NCBI GenBank assembly: GCA_018057455.1
Contig: JAGPDT010000001.1
Coordinates: 55,956 to 119,955, forward strand
DNA length: 64,000 nt
Source: Flavobacteriales bacterium
Lineage (GTDB): Bacteria; Bacteroidota; Bacteroidia; Flavobacteriales_F; PHOS-HE28
Direction of reading: 5' to 3'
Position numbers and translations under genes: made by a program. Under the pieces are notes generated by a model, which searched no databases, was not told where the DNA came from, and saw only the letters and a list, made by a program, of their open reading frames with translations. Numbering within the stretch: position 1 is the stretch's first letter; the number at the start of each line of letters is the position of its first letter. Of the stretch, positions 50,701-62,313 are shown in pieces.

Positions 50701-51042
50701 GCGGCCGGGTCGAAGGCCCCCTTGAAGCTGGCCCCGTCACAAGCGCAGGTATGGAAGACTGATGCGCGGGATAGGGCACTGTGCCTTATTGAACGAGGAA
50801 CTACAGCCTCTCCTGCTACCATCGCCTACATTATGCAACAGTTGCGCACAAGGCAAGGTCTTTCCGGTGATCTTGCGGCTGGCAACGCAGCCTTGGGCAC
50901 ATTCCAGATTTTACAGCATGAAAGTAATCTCGACTTTCAGCTCTTGGGCGATGTCAGGGTACGCCTGGAGCAACATCGGTTTATGCAAGGGGCGGTCGAT
51001 TACGCTAAGCTTATCGAAGCAATCAAGAATGCGATCAGTTGA
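47767..51042 (+). CDS. Large GHKL/Bergerat-fold ATPase (sacsin/Hsp90-like N-terminal domain) fused to a C-terminal PD-(D/E)xK nuclease of the NOV_C/DUF3883 type (bacterial NO VEIN-like protein); candidate single-protein defence factor
   Basis: The N-box RRWLWELVQNAKDV, G1-like FAHNGDPF and G2 box TGKYGTGFIS are present. The C-terminus has GIGDYDISV...KMFYIELKSV, giving a D...(D/E)xK signature. Length is 1091 aa, with lower GC than the chromosome backbone. Confidence 0.7.
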   Translation: MNNKINQDDPAVSNAYDALKNTADKVMQGLEKVREHQGINRRRWLWELVQNAKDVPNRFGQVSIKIVREPDLLTFAHNGDPFQVRNVTALINQVSSKPSDSIDAQITGKYGTGFISTHLLSTTIEVTGVIHREGRPAKRMHLMLDREGTRSEDLIPKIENARALVERIDTDAAFEDMPDYDTQRTEQSFDTVFTYPLITEDARLAASDGLADLVNTLPYTLGNLAKVKRLIVEDSVKGQTLDYRCKVVANDGSIRKLCMSAGEQVIAHFISYGKDNLTLTVEVNGFERPKLKANFGEQPNLYRDFPLIGSEKFHFPFILNSVELYPNEERSGIFLNAAGTSHVATNRQVIERAMDLAVEFGQWLAEQGASNLYVAAYSRLPGVNMDPSAMEWYQERQRNWRGRILKLPLVETTAGTTIALKDAIIPRHGPEGMANAVLWELVVAFHGRGRLPRKDLLAPWLKALGPMEESDSWNQGATLIQGLEDLFKHVESKGALEALVLEPWPEGVAHSPVDWLSRLFRFAIEQKEGELLDKYAVVPDQYGRFHKLSELYLEDIEARIPDAVLDVMKKLGADWRALLIHRSLDLDQKSHKRWGLADASKKVTELLGGDLAEQATGTTFTGRTDALDILFELIAIVPTGGRKGFRASLFSNGCSFFQRTGDLNETSGCSDFNFAPAIRLLLQFIHNRITECSNMDGLALFMAVSKDQAVLWLDRHLRSLVGHDEYKAFLERGNIIPNRYGELKGYDALYNYGTEDQPMDADLVEVLKELDDAQDWNKVLVGDDIGISLKETRSMLQLGKAIDDQVAQIWGKAASEPQILEERQATLVALIDWCNANEDDANRFMPGFMQIKDKLSFDLIIRPNLSSGVIGLLGDKRYGAVLQSIQSRGLDVGKVKELLEITGALGSLDPIINRAKEMLEEKQDLEYKKELGEGMEKLLKEALDAEGFQTHVQGIGDYDISVTNPANGKMFYIELKSVAAGSKAPLKLAPSQAQVWKTDARDRALCLIERGTTASPATIAYIMQQLRTRQGLSGDLAAGNAALGTFQILQHESNLDFQLLGDVRVRLEQHRFMQGAVDYAKLIEAIKNAIS

Positions 51043-51155
51043 ACAAGCCGGAACGCCGTGGATTCTTATGTTCTTAACGTCCGCCCACGTGTGCTGTGCA
51101 AGGCGTGCAAGGTGTGCGGCCATGGAAGACCTCCTCGCCAGACTTGCCTATCCCA

Positions 51156-52295
51156 TCACCGGTACTTGAACCAGGCCGCCATGAAGGGATTGTACGGTGC
51201 GTAAACAGGCTTTCCGGATTCGGCAGCGTGTTCGGTGATGTAGATCAGCTCGCGATCAAGCAGGGCTTGGAGGGCATGCACCAAGGCGGCCGAGGAAGGC
51301 AGGTTGTACTTCCGGGTGAAGGCCGCGCCCGTGGGGGTGTCCACCTCGCCTTCGCGGGAGATGGCGGCGAAGAGGTCCCACTGGTTGCGCGTGAGTGCGC
51401 TGCGCAGCGTGGCCATGATGGCATCCTGCTCGCGCACGATGGCCAGCAGCGAACGCACCACCGTGTCGCGGTCCAGTGTTGCGGAATCGCCGAAAAGGCG
51501 GTTGAGGAGCACTTGCATGTAGTAGGTGTGGCCCCGGCACAGGTCGTAGCAGAACAGGGCCTCCTCCTTTTTCAGGGAGCGGCCATGGCGCTTCATCAGG
51601 TGGGGGGCAAAATCCGCATATGTGGCGCGGTCGATGCGCTTGAGCTCGACCTGGTCCGCGCTGCCATAGAACGGATTGGCGGCGTTGTTGAACAGGTCCA
51701 GCAGGATGTGGCGCTGGCTGCCGGAGAAGATGCAGCGCACCTTGGTGCTGCGCTGCAGCTCGGTCCGGAGCAGCGCGTCCATGCGCGCCTCCTGGAAGGT
51801 CGCGATCTGCTGGAACTCGTCGATGGCCAGGAAGATGGTGCGGTCCTGCTCGTTGAGCACGCGGAAGATCTCCCGCGTGGTGGCTGCTTCCTGCCGGTGG
51901 CTGCTGCGTTCCAGGCTGATGCTCGGGCTGCCCGTCAGCTCGTCCATGCTCACCACCGGGCGCAGGGCGGAGAACCAGGCCATCACGTTCTTCAGGAACT
52001 GCTTGGGCGTGGGGTTGAGGGCTTGGTGTACGGCGTTCAGCAGAATGGTGTTGAATTCATGCACGTCACGCGCCGCGTAGATGTCGGCGAACACGGTCCG
52101 CGCGCCGCGCACCTTGGACAGCCCGTGGAACACATGGTGGATGAGGCCCGTTTTCCCATACCGCCTGGGGCTGTACAGCATCACGTGCCGTCCGTTCCGC
52201 AAGGCGGACGCGATGGTCCTCGTTTCCTCCTCCCGGTCGCAGAAGAAGCTTGGCCCCATGTAGGCGTTCACGGCGAACGGGTTGTCATCGGTCAT
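51156..52295 (-). CDS. AAA-type ATP-binding protein (archaeal-type ATPase PF01637 plus DUF234 architecture)
   Basis: FFCDREEETRTIASALRNGRHVMLYSPRRYGKTGLI is the family N-terminal signature with a Walker A motif. Walker B is IFLAIDEFQQI. Length is 379 aa. Confidence 0.75.
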   Translation of the reverse strand: MTDDNPFAVNAYMGPSFFCDREEETRTIASALRNGRHVMLYSPRRYGKTGLIHHVFHGLSKVRGARTVFADIYAARDVHEFNTILLNAVHQALNPTPKQFLKNVMAWFSALRPVVSMDELTGSPSISLERSSHRQEAATTREIFRVLNEQDRTIFLAIDEFQQIATFQEARMDALLRTELQRSTKVRCIFSGSQRHILLDLFNNAANPFYGSADQVELKRIDRATYADFAPHLMKRHGRSLKKEEALFCYDLCRGHTYYMQVLLNRLFGDSATLDRDTVVRSLLAIVREQDAIMATLRSALTRNQWDLFAAISREGEVDTPTGAAFTRKYNLPSSAALVHALQALLDRELIYITEHAAESGKPVYAPYNPFMAAWFKYR

Positions 52296-52687
52296 GGCAG
52301 CGAAGTTAGGTCATCTTACTAAGAATAGTTTAGTAAAGATTACTTAGTAAGTAGTTTTTATTCAATTGAATGGGCGCCGGATGTTGCCGCCAAGGATGAT
52401 CGGTTCGCCCGGCACACGGTCCAGGTGGGCCGGATAGGACGAAGGCTGGAGCTTCAACCTCCGCCAGGGACGGCACGAAGCGGAACGTGGCTTACCAGGG
52501 CCGTTCGGGGCTTTTGGGCATTTCAACACGTCCTTTGGTCATCCTTCGTACACTTGCTTGGCGATTACCCCTTTGGGTTTTACGGGAGCGGACCTGATGA
52601 AGGTCGGGGTTTCCGAGCCCACTGGGGGATCGTCTTTTATCACAGGGCCTTATCAGTACCCCCTTGGCCCTGCGCCTCCTTCAGTGA

Positions 52688-55433
<2,746 letters not shown>

Positions 55434-55618
55434 GCAGCAGCCTATGGACCTCATGAACCCCGCGCCGCAGCCTGCTCCAGTGCTTGGGGCCCGGTCACGG
55501 CAGCCGCGTCCATCCCACTTGCCACCGGTTCGGATCGATCGCACCTTCCGCCTCGCGCCGTTGCCTTGCTTTCTTGCACCGGACCTTGCACCGCTCGCCT
55601 CCGCATGGCCAGCACCGG

Positions 55619-56407
55619 TCAGCTCTTCAAGCTCACCCCCAATCCAAAGAGCGCAAGGTCGTATTTCACCGGGTCTGCCGGGTCGTAGCGGCGCAGGGCC
55701 CCGGTGAGTTCCACCACGCTCTTCCAATCGTCCTGTTGCCGCTGGAGCAGGCCCAGCTCGCGGGCCATGCGGCCGGTGTGCACATCCAGCGGCACATGCA
55801 GCCCGGAAGCCGGGATATGCTTCCACAGGCCCAAGTCCACACCGCGGTCATCGGGCCGCACCATCCACCGCAGGAACATGTTGATGCGCTTGGCATTGCT
55901 GCCGCGCACGGGATCGGCCACATGCTTGTGCGTGCGCACGGGGTGCGGCGGTTCGAAGAAACGCTGGCGGAACAAGGCGATCATTTCCGCCATGGGCGGC
56001 AGACTGCCTTGCTTTTGCGCCGGCAGGAATGCCTGTTCCAGCCCGCCGTAGGTGGTGTTCACGTGCCGCAGCCCATGGATGAAGCATTGCAGGTCGGTAC
56101 CGTTGAAGGTGCGGTGCACGAATCCGCTTAAGTGCCCAAGTTCACGGGTTGAGGCGTTCATCACGAAGTCGTATGGTGCCTCATCCAACAACCGTACGAG
56201 CTTCCAGGCGTTGTTGATGATGGTCTTTCGTTGTCCCCAGGCGATCGTGGCCGTGAGGAAGCCGATGGTCTCGGCATCGGCCCGCCGGGTGAAGGCGCGA
56301 GGCACCTGCACGGGGTCGTCCGCAATGAAGGCCGGCGTGGCGTAACGCGCGTAGGCCTCCTCCAACAGCAGGAACAGTTGCTTGTCGTTCATCCGCTTCA
56401 GGGCCAT
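55619..56407 (-). CDS. Conserved hypothetical protein, TIGR02757/DUF2400 family
   Basis: MALKRMNDKQLFLLLEEAYARYATPAFIADDPVQVP is the family-typical N-terminus, beginning at internal M20. Length is ~262 aa. Confidence 0.65.
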   Translation of the reverse strand: MALKRMNDKQLFLLLEEAYARYATPAFIADDPVQVPRAFTRRADAETIGFLTATIAWGQRKTIINNAWKLVRLLDEAPYDFVMNASTRELGHLSGFVHRTFNGTDLQCFIHGLRHVNTTYGGLEQAFLPAQKQGSLPPMAEMIALFRQRFFEPPHPVRTHKHVADPVRGSNAKRINMFLRWMVRPDDRGVDLGLWKHIPASGLHVPLDVHTGRMARELGLLQRQQDDWKSVVELTGALRRYDPADPVKYDLALFGLGVSLKS

Positions 56408-56522
56408 GCGCCCCGAACATACCATGGAATGCACGGGGAATTCCGCGCATGGTCCCGGAAGCACCCAACCTTGGGTGCCTGAAGCCCGTGTAGGTCATAA
56501 ACCCGTTCCAATCCCTGACCGC

Positions 56523-57485
56523 ATGAAGAACCCGCCGCTTTTCCGAACAGTCCTGATCCCTGCCCTGGTTGCCGTGGCCTTGGCCGGTTGTCGGAAGGAG
56601 GAACCTTCGGCTGGGGCGCCCGTGCCGCCGGCACCCCAGACCAACCCGCTGCGCCAGCTGTTCGCGGACCATGTGGCCCAGGCCACGCAGCATTACACCA
56701 TCAATACGGACAATGGACCGGCCTTCGTGCAAGGTGCGCACGGGCTCCTGGCCACCTTCGGGCAGCATGCCTTCCGCAAGGCGGACGGCAGCACGGCCAC
56801 AGGGCCCGTCGATATCGCCCTGGTGGAAGCCTTGAACGTGGGCGACATGCTCTGGTTGAACAAGCAGACCGTGGGCCTGGGCAACGGACAGATGAGCCTG
56901 TTGGTGAGCGGTGGACAATTCCGCCTCGCTGCCACACAGAACGGTGAGGCGTTGACCTTGGCACCGGGCGGATCCCACATCCAAGTGCCGGCCTCCGGCA
57001 CACCCGATCCGCAGATGGCCTTGTTCAGCGGCACCGAACAAGGGGATGGCACCATGCTCTGGAACCCGTGGGCCACCAACCCGCTGGCCCCGGGAGCCAT
57101 CGATTCCTCGGGGTATTACAGCTTCCCCAATGACTCCCTGGGGTGGATCAATTGCGACTACTTCTATGGCGGACCTGAACCGCTCACCGTGGTGCAAGTG
57201 ACGTGCCCGCCCACCTGCGACCATGCGAACACCTTCGTGTGGCTGGTGTTCCCGGCGATCAATTCAATCACCAACCTCGGTGGCGGTACCGGCCATGTGT
57301 TCGCCACCAACGCGGGATACATGCTTCCCGTAGGGCTGGCGATCACGGTGGTGGCCTTGGCGGAGATCGATGGAGCGTACTACTCCTCGTTCACCGATGC
57401 GGTGGTGGCCGACGGAATGAACCTGCCCATCAGCATGCAGGCCACCACCTTGGAGCAGTTCGCGGTGGATGCCGGAGGCTTGTAG
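56523..57485 (+). CDS. Hypothetical lipoprotein
   Basis: MKNPPLFRTVLIPALVAVALAGC is a lipobox, at internal M48 of track ORF 56382..57485. No family was recognised. Confidence 0.55.
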   Translation: MKNPPLFRTVLIPALVAVALAGCRKEEPSAGAPVPPAPQTNPLRQLFADHVAQATQHYTINTDNGPAFVQGAHGLLATFGQHAFRKADGSTATGPVDIALVEALNVGDMLWLNKQTVGLGNGQMSLLVSGGQFRLAATQNGEALTLAPGGSHIQVPASGTPDPQMALFSGTEQGDGTMLWNPWATNPLAPGAIDSSGYYSFPNDSLGWINCDYFYGGPEPLTVVQVTCPPTCDHANTFVWLVFPAINSITNLGGGTGHVFATNAGYMLPVGLAITVVALAEIDGAYYSSFTDAVVADGMNLPISMQATTLEQFAVDAGGL

Positions 57486-57574
57486 GGGCCGGGAAAAGCA
57501 CAAGCCGCAGCAACTTGCTTGGTTGCTGCGACTTGTGGAATTTCCGGGCCTTGGCCCCGCGGCCCCGGAAGAGG

Positions 57575-58366
57575 TCACCTGTTCGGCTTGACCGACGGAC
57601 TGGTCTGGGGAACGATCGGCACGCTCGGCCTCGGCGCCGGTACCGGAGCGGAGGACCGTACAGGCGGGTTCACGCGGCCGGGGTTATGCACGGGTGCCAG
57701 ATCATGCACTGGATGCGGCCTGGGGGTTGGAGGTGGCGCGGGGTTGTCGCCGGGGCGCGGGTCGTGCACCGGGTCTTTCACGGGTGCCACCGGACCAACG
57801 GGCGGTTTGGGGCCATCGGGCGAAGGAGACTTTACGGGCGGCCGGTAATCATCGATGGGGCCGGGTGTGGGCGGATCAACGGGATCGTTTCCTGCTGCTC
57901 CGGTGCCCACCGGCTTGCGTTCGGGGCCCAGCGGTTGCTTGGTGGCAACCGGATAATTGAAGCTGACGCTGCTTGTGGGCGCCGGCCGGTAGACCGTGGT
58001 GTCCGGCATCACCTCCGGGGTGCAGTCGATCTGCGCGGTCTCCGTGTGCACGCCGATGGTGCCGCAACCCGTGGAGGTGAGCCCGTTGGCATCCTGCACG
58101 GTGATGCACCCGCCGCTGTTGGCCACCATGTTGAAGTCCACAACGGTATACGGCGCTTGCCCGCCCACCACATGCCAGGTGTAACCGCCTTGGGACTGCA
58201 CCACGCTCTGCACCACGTTGGTGAGGCCCGCTTCATTGGTGGCACCGGTGCAGATGTAGTTGACCACCACACGGTCCGAGGTATGCACCACCACCTGGAA
58301 CTTGTCCGGTTTGGAGGCGTTGGCGGAAAGGGCTGCCAATAGCAAGGGATAGATCAGTTCACGCAT
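57575..58366 (-). CDS. Hypothetical secreted protein with a Pro-rich C-terminal region
   Basis: The signal peptide MRELIYPLLLAALSANA begins at internal M14. The C-terminal ~110 aa are PxP-rich low-complexity sequence. Confidence 0.5.
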   Translation of the reverse strand: MRELIYPLLLAALSANASKPDKFQVVVHTSDRVVVNYICTGATNEAGLTNVVQSVVQSQGGYTWHVVGGQAPYTVVDFNMVANSGGCITVQDANGLTSTGCGTIGVHTETAQIDCTPEVMPDTTVYRPAPTSSVSFNYPVATKQPLGPERKPVGTGAAGNDPVDPPTPGPIDDYRPPVKSPSPDGPKPPVGPVAPVKDPVHDPRPGDNPAPPPTPRPHPVHDLAPVHNPGRVNPPVRSSAPVPAPRPSVPIVPQTSPSVKPNR

Positions 58367-58484
58367 GGCATTTGGCGGGTTTTGGTTGGATGAATGTACG
58401 GCCAATGCGGGCTGCAGCCAAATTCATGCCGGATACCCCCACGGCCGGTGAGTGGGTCATACCCCGTTGGAAGCCCGGCCAAAT

Positions 58485-59285
58485 TCAGGAATCCTGGCGC
58501 TGCCAGCTGCGCTCGATCACCTCCAGCAGCTCCGCGTGGATGGCGCTGTTGCTGGCCACGATCTCCTCGTCGAACACGGGGTCTTTGCTGGGGCGGAAGC
58601 CACTGACCTGTCCACCGGCCTCGCGCACCAGGATCACTCCTGCGGCCACATCCCAGCTATTGAGGCCGTACTCGTAGAACGCCTCGAAGCGGCCGCAAGC
58701 CACGTAGGCCAGGTCGGCGGCGGCGCTGCCCAGGCGGCGGATGCCGCGGGTGCGGTGCATCAGTTCGCGCAGCAGGTCCATGTATTCGGCCTCGAAGCCG
58801 AAGTCGTCGTAGGGGAAGCCCGTGGCCAGGAGGCTTTCCTGCAGCTGGCTCCGGGAGGAGACACGGATGGGCATGCCGTTGAGCGTGGCCCCGCCACCGG
58901 CCCATGCCGCGAAGCATTCATCGCGGTTCACCTCCAGCACCACGCCCAGCAGCACATCACCGCCGCGCACCAAGGCCACGCTCGTGCAGTAGCAGGGCAT
59001 GCCATGGACGAAGTTGGTGGTGCCGTCCAGCGGATCGATCACCCAGTTGAGGCCTTCCGCACGTTCGCCCGTGCCTTCCTCGGCAATGAAGCCGGCCTCG
59101 GGGAGCAGCTCGTTCAGGCCTGCCACGAAGCGCGCCTCGGCCTGCTTGTCCACATAGCTCACCAGGTTGTTCAGGCCTTTGCTCTCCACTTCCGCTTCGG
59201 TGAATCGCCGGCTTTCCAGGCGGATGAAGGCCGCCACCTCGCGGCTGAGCAGTACCACGTGTTCAGTCAACTTCTGCAGGTCCAT
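58485..59285 (-). CDS. Inositol monophosphatase family protein (SuhB-like)
   Basis: IMPase motifs WVIDPLDGTTNFVHG and WDVAAGVILVREAGG are present. Length is 266 aa. Confidence 0.88.
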   Translation of the reverse strand: MDLQKLTEHVVLLSREVAAFIRLESRRFTEAEVESKGLNNLVSYVDKQAEARFVAGLNELLPEAGFIAEEGTGERAEGLNWVIDPLDGTTNFVHGMPCYCTSVALVRGGDVLLGVVLEVNRDECFAAWAGGGATLNGMPIRVSSRSQLQESLLATGFPYDDFGFEAEYMDLLRELMHRTRGIRRLGSAAADLAYVACGRFEAFYEYGLNSWDVAAGVILVREAGGQVSGFRPSKDPVFDEEIVASNSAIHAELLEVIERSWQRQDS

Positions 59286-60456
59286 GCTTTTTTCGTTTGT
59301 TCAGCACCACCAGGCTGGCCGTGCCGAGGATGAGGAGGCCAAGGCTGATCACCTCGGCTTGGGTCCAGGTGCCCAGGAAGAGTTCATTGACCCGGATTTT
59401 CTCAATGAGGAAACGCTCCACGCCGTTCATGATCAAGTACAAGGCGAAGAGGGCACCGGGGAGCGTGACCTTCTTGCGCAGCCACCAGAGAGCGCCGAAG
59501 AGCAGCAGGCACATGAGTGTTTCATACAGCGGGGTGGGGAACACGCCGGGCACCAAATGGGTGCAGTAGCCTTCGAAGCAGGTGCCATCGGTGATGGGCA
59601 TGCCGCTGTAGCCGCCGCGGTGCGGGCCCAGCACCGCGTTCACGTTGTTGGGGTAGTCGTAGCTCCAGAGCCATTGGGGGATCCAGCCGGGCTTGGCGGC
59701 GCTGTTGGCGATGCCCCAATCGCCATCACCGGAGATGTGGCAGCCCAGGCGCCCGATGCCGTATGCCAGCATGAGGCCGGGCGCCGCGGCGTCCATGGAG
59801 GGCAGGATGGCCAGGCCGTTGCGCTTGAAATAGCGCACCACCATGATGCCGGCCACGATCAGCCCGCCGTACATGGTAAGGCCGCTCACCAGGTCCTGCA
59901 CGTTGCCGGTGGCCACCAGGTCGAAGAAGTCACGCGGGCTCTCCAGCCAATGGAAGAGCTTGGCGCCGATGAAGCCCCAGAGCGCAGCGGTGAGGGTGAT
60001 GTTGCCGCCGTGTTGGGCGGGGTGTACGGTGATGGCCTTTTCCACGGGTTCTTTCAGGCGCTGCTTTTCTTTCTCGCGCCAAAGCAACCAGGCCAGCAAG
60101 GCGGCCACGGCGATGCCCCCGAGGAAGTTGCCCTGGCCGCTGAGCAGGAAGGCCGGCGGGTTCGCGGTAGCTTCCTCCATGTGCAGCAGCAGGTACAGGC
60201 CTTTCCAGCCCAGCACGAAGCCCACCAAGCCTTGCATCACCAACTCGCCGGGGGAGGCGCCCAGGCCCACCATCTCCTTGCGGGTGGTGGGCTTGATCAA
60301 GCCGATGGCTTCCTTGCGCTTCAGTTCGGAGACCAGGGTGAGGTAGGCGCCCACAAAGGCCAAGGCCACGAAAAAACCGAAGCTGTTGAGGAACTTCAAC
60401 AGCGGCCAGTCCAATCCGGTGAGGTCGAGCAGGGCGTGGTAGAGGGTGGGGTACAT
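59263..60456 (-). CDS. lgt: Prolipoprotein diacylglyceryl transferase Lgt (long Bacteroidota form)
   Basis: It begins at internal M151 of the track ORF (MYPTLYHALLDLTGLDWPLLKFLNSFGFFVALAFVG). The Lgt signature region …GIGRLGCHISGDGDWG… is present. Product length is 397 aa. Confidence 0.88.
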   Translation of the reverse strand: MYPTLYHALLDLTGLDWPLLKFLNSFGFFVALAFVGAYLTLVSELKRKEAIGLIKPTTRKEMVGLGASPGELVMQGLVGFVLGWKGLYLLLHMEEATANPPAFLLSGQGNFLGGIAVAALLAWLLWREKEKQRLKEPVEKAITVHPAQHGGNITLTAALWGFIGAKLFHWLESPRDFFDLVATGNVQDLVSGLTMYGGLIVAGIMVVRYFKRNGLAILPSMDAAAPGLMLAYGIGRLGCHISGDGDWGIANSAAKPGWIPQWLWSYDYPNNVNAVLGPHRGGYSGMPITDGTCFEGYCTHLVPGVFPTPLYETLMCLLLFGALWWLRKKVTLPGALFALYLIMNGVERFLIEKIRVNELFLGTWTQAEVISLGLLILGTASLVVLNKRKKHGPAEVD

Positions 60457-60499
60457 GGGCGGGTGGAGCGGAAGGTCGGTGGGGGCGGATGACGGCGGA

Positions 60500-61891
60500 T
60501 CAGGAGATCCCGTGATGGGATGGTACCGCTGAAGCCATGGTCCGCGCGGTGGGTCCGGAAAGCAGGTCGTGCAGCGGGCGCCCCAGTGCGTGGCCATCGG
60601 CATCGATGTGCGACAAGGCCACCGGCACCACGGTGTTGGCCAGGGACGGGTGGAAGGGCACGGCCACGCGGATGTAGTTGTCCGTGTAGCCGAAGAGGTG
60701 GTCCGAGGGGTCCGGCGCCTGGGGATCTTCACCGTGCTCGAACAGCACGGGCCGTGCCTGGCCCAGGTGGGCTTGGTAGTGGGCGCGCTGCAACTTGGCG
60801 CCCAAGCTGCGCAGCTGGCGGGTGCGGTCGCGGCGCACCTCCACGGGGACGGCATCGTCCATGCGCACGGCCGTGGTGTTGGCGCGTTCGCTGTAGGTGA
60901 ACACATGCAGGTAGTTCACGTCGATGCCGCGCAGGAAGGCATGGGTCTTCAGGAATTCGTCCTCCGTTTCCCCCGGGGTGCCGGTGATCACGTCCACCCC
61001 GATGCCGGCATGGGGCATCACCCGGCGGATGTGGGCCACGCGGTCGGCATAGAGGGCCGTGTCGTAGCGCCGACGCATGCGCTGGAGGATGGTGTCGCTG
61101 CCGCTTTGCAGGGGCATGTGCAGGTGGGGCATGAAGCGGTGGCTGCGTGCCACGAAGTCGATGACGGCATCGCTGCAGAGGTTGGGCTCGATGCTGCTGA
61201 TGCGGAAGCGTTCGATGCCCTGCACACGGTCCAGTTCCCCGATCAGCTGCAGGAAGGTTTCGCCGTGCTCACGGCCGAAGTCGCCCGTGTTCACCCCGGT
61301 GAGGACGATCTCCTTCACCCCGGTGGCGGCTATGGCCCGGGCTTGTTGGAGCGTATCGGCGATGGTGCCGCTGCGGCTGCGCCCACGTGCCAGGGGAATG
61401 GTGCAGAAGGAACAGAAATAGTCGCAGCCGTCCTGCACTTTCAGGAAGGTGCGGGTGCGGTCGTTGGCGTTGTACGAAGGGATGAAGCGCCTCACCTCCT
61501 TGATGGGCCCGGCGATCACCTGCCCGTGGCCTTCCGCGTGGCCGGGGAGCCGCTCGATGTGCTGGGCCAGGTTGAATTTCTCGTTGGCGCCCAACACCAG
61601 GTCCACCCCCGGGATGTTGGCGATCTCGCCGGGCTTCAACTGGGCGTAGCAGCCCACCACTGCGATGAAGGCCCAGGGGTTGATCCCCCGGAAGCGGCGC
61701 ACCAGGCGGCGGCACTCCTTGTCGGCGTTGTCCGTTACGCTGCACGTGTTCAGCACGAACACGTCCGGGCGCTCATCCTCGCGCACCCGCGCATAGCCGG
61801 CATCTTCCAACGACCGCGCCAGGGTGCTGGTCTCGGCGAAGTTGAGCTTGCAGCCCAAGGTGTGGAATGCGGCCTTGCGGGGAGCGCTCAT
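60500..61891 (-). CDS. mtaB: tRNA threonylcarbamoyladenosine methylthiotransferase MtaB (MiaB-like radical SAM)
   Basis: The MTTase N-terminal Cys are present (HTLGCKLN…NTCSV…GCYAQ), along with the radical-SAM CDYFCSFC motif and a C-terminal TRAM-like region. Confidence 0.88.
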   Translation of the reverse strand: MSAPRKAAFHTLGCKLNFAETSTLARSLEDAGYARVREDERPDVFVLNTCSVTDNADKECRRLVRRFRGINPWAFIAVVGCYAQLKPGEIANIPGVDLVLGANEKFNLAQHIERLPGHAEGHGQVIAGPIKEVRRFIPSYNANDRTRTFLKVQDGCDYFCSFCTIPLARGRSRSGTIADTLQQARAIAATGVKEIVLTGVNTGDFGREHGETFLQLIGELDRVQGIERFRISSIEPNLCSDAVIDFVARSHRFMPHLHMPLQSGSDTILQRMRRRYDTALYADRVAHIRRVMPHAGIGVDVITGTPGETEDEFLKTHAFLRGIDVNYLHVFTYSERANTTAVRMDDAVPVEVRRDRTRQLRSLGAKLQRAHYQAHLGQARPVLFEHGEDPQAPDPSDHLFGYTDNYIRVAVPFHPSLANTVVPVALSHIDADGHALGRPLHDLLSGPTARTMASAVPSHHGIS

Positions 61892-62313
61892 GGGGTGTTG
61901 CCCGGGCGGGGTTGCGGCCCGCTTGCATCCGGGCCACCGGTTTCCCCAATGGGGCTGCGAAGGTATCCACCTGCCGCCGAACCGCCGGTATCAATGGATG
62001 AATGCGCCGTGCGGTGCATGGGCATGGCCCCAAGGCCCGGGTTGGAGCAGGATGTTTCCCGTGCACCGGATCGTGCCGCAGAAGCCCACCGGAACGGTTG
62101 CCTGGTACGGTGAACCACGTGATCTGGCACGGACTTGGCAACGCGTGCGGGATTCCTGCGTCATATCCTCGGTAAGCCGGATCCCGCCATGCAGCAAGAC
62201 TCTTTCTTCTACAGAAGCCAACTATGCTTCGTCTGCATCCTGGTCGGCGCCTTGGCCGGCTTGGTGCTGTTGTTGGTGGCCTACATGCCCATCTGATCCC
62301 CGGCGCCAAGGTC

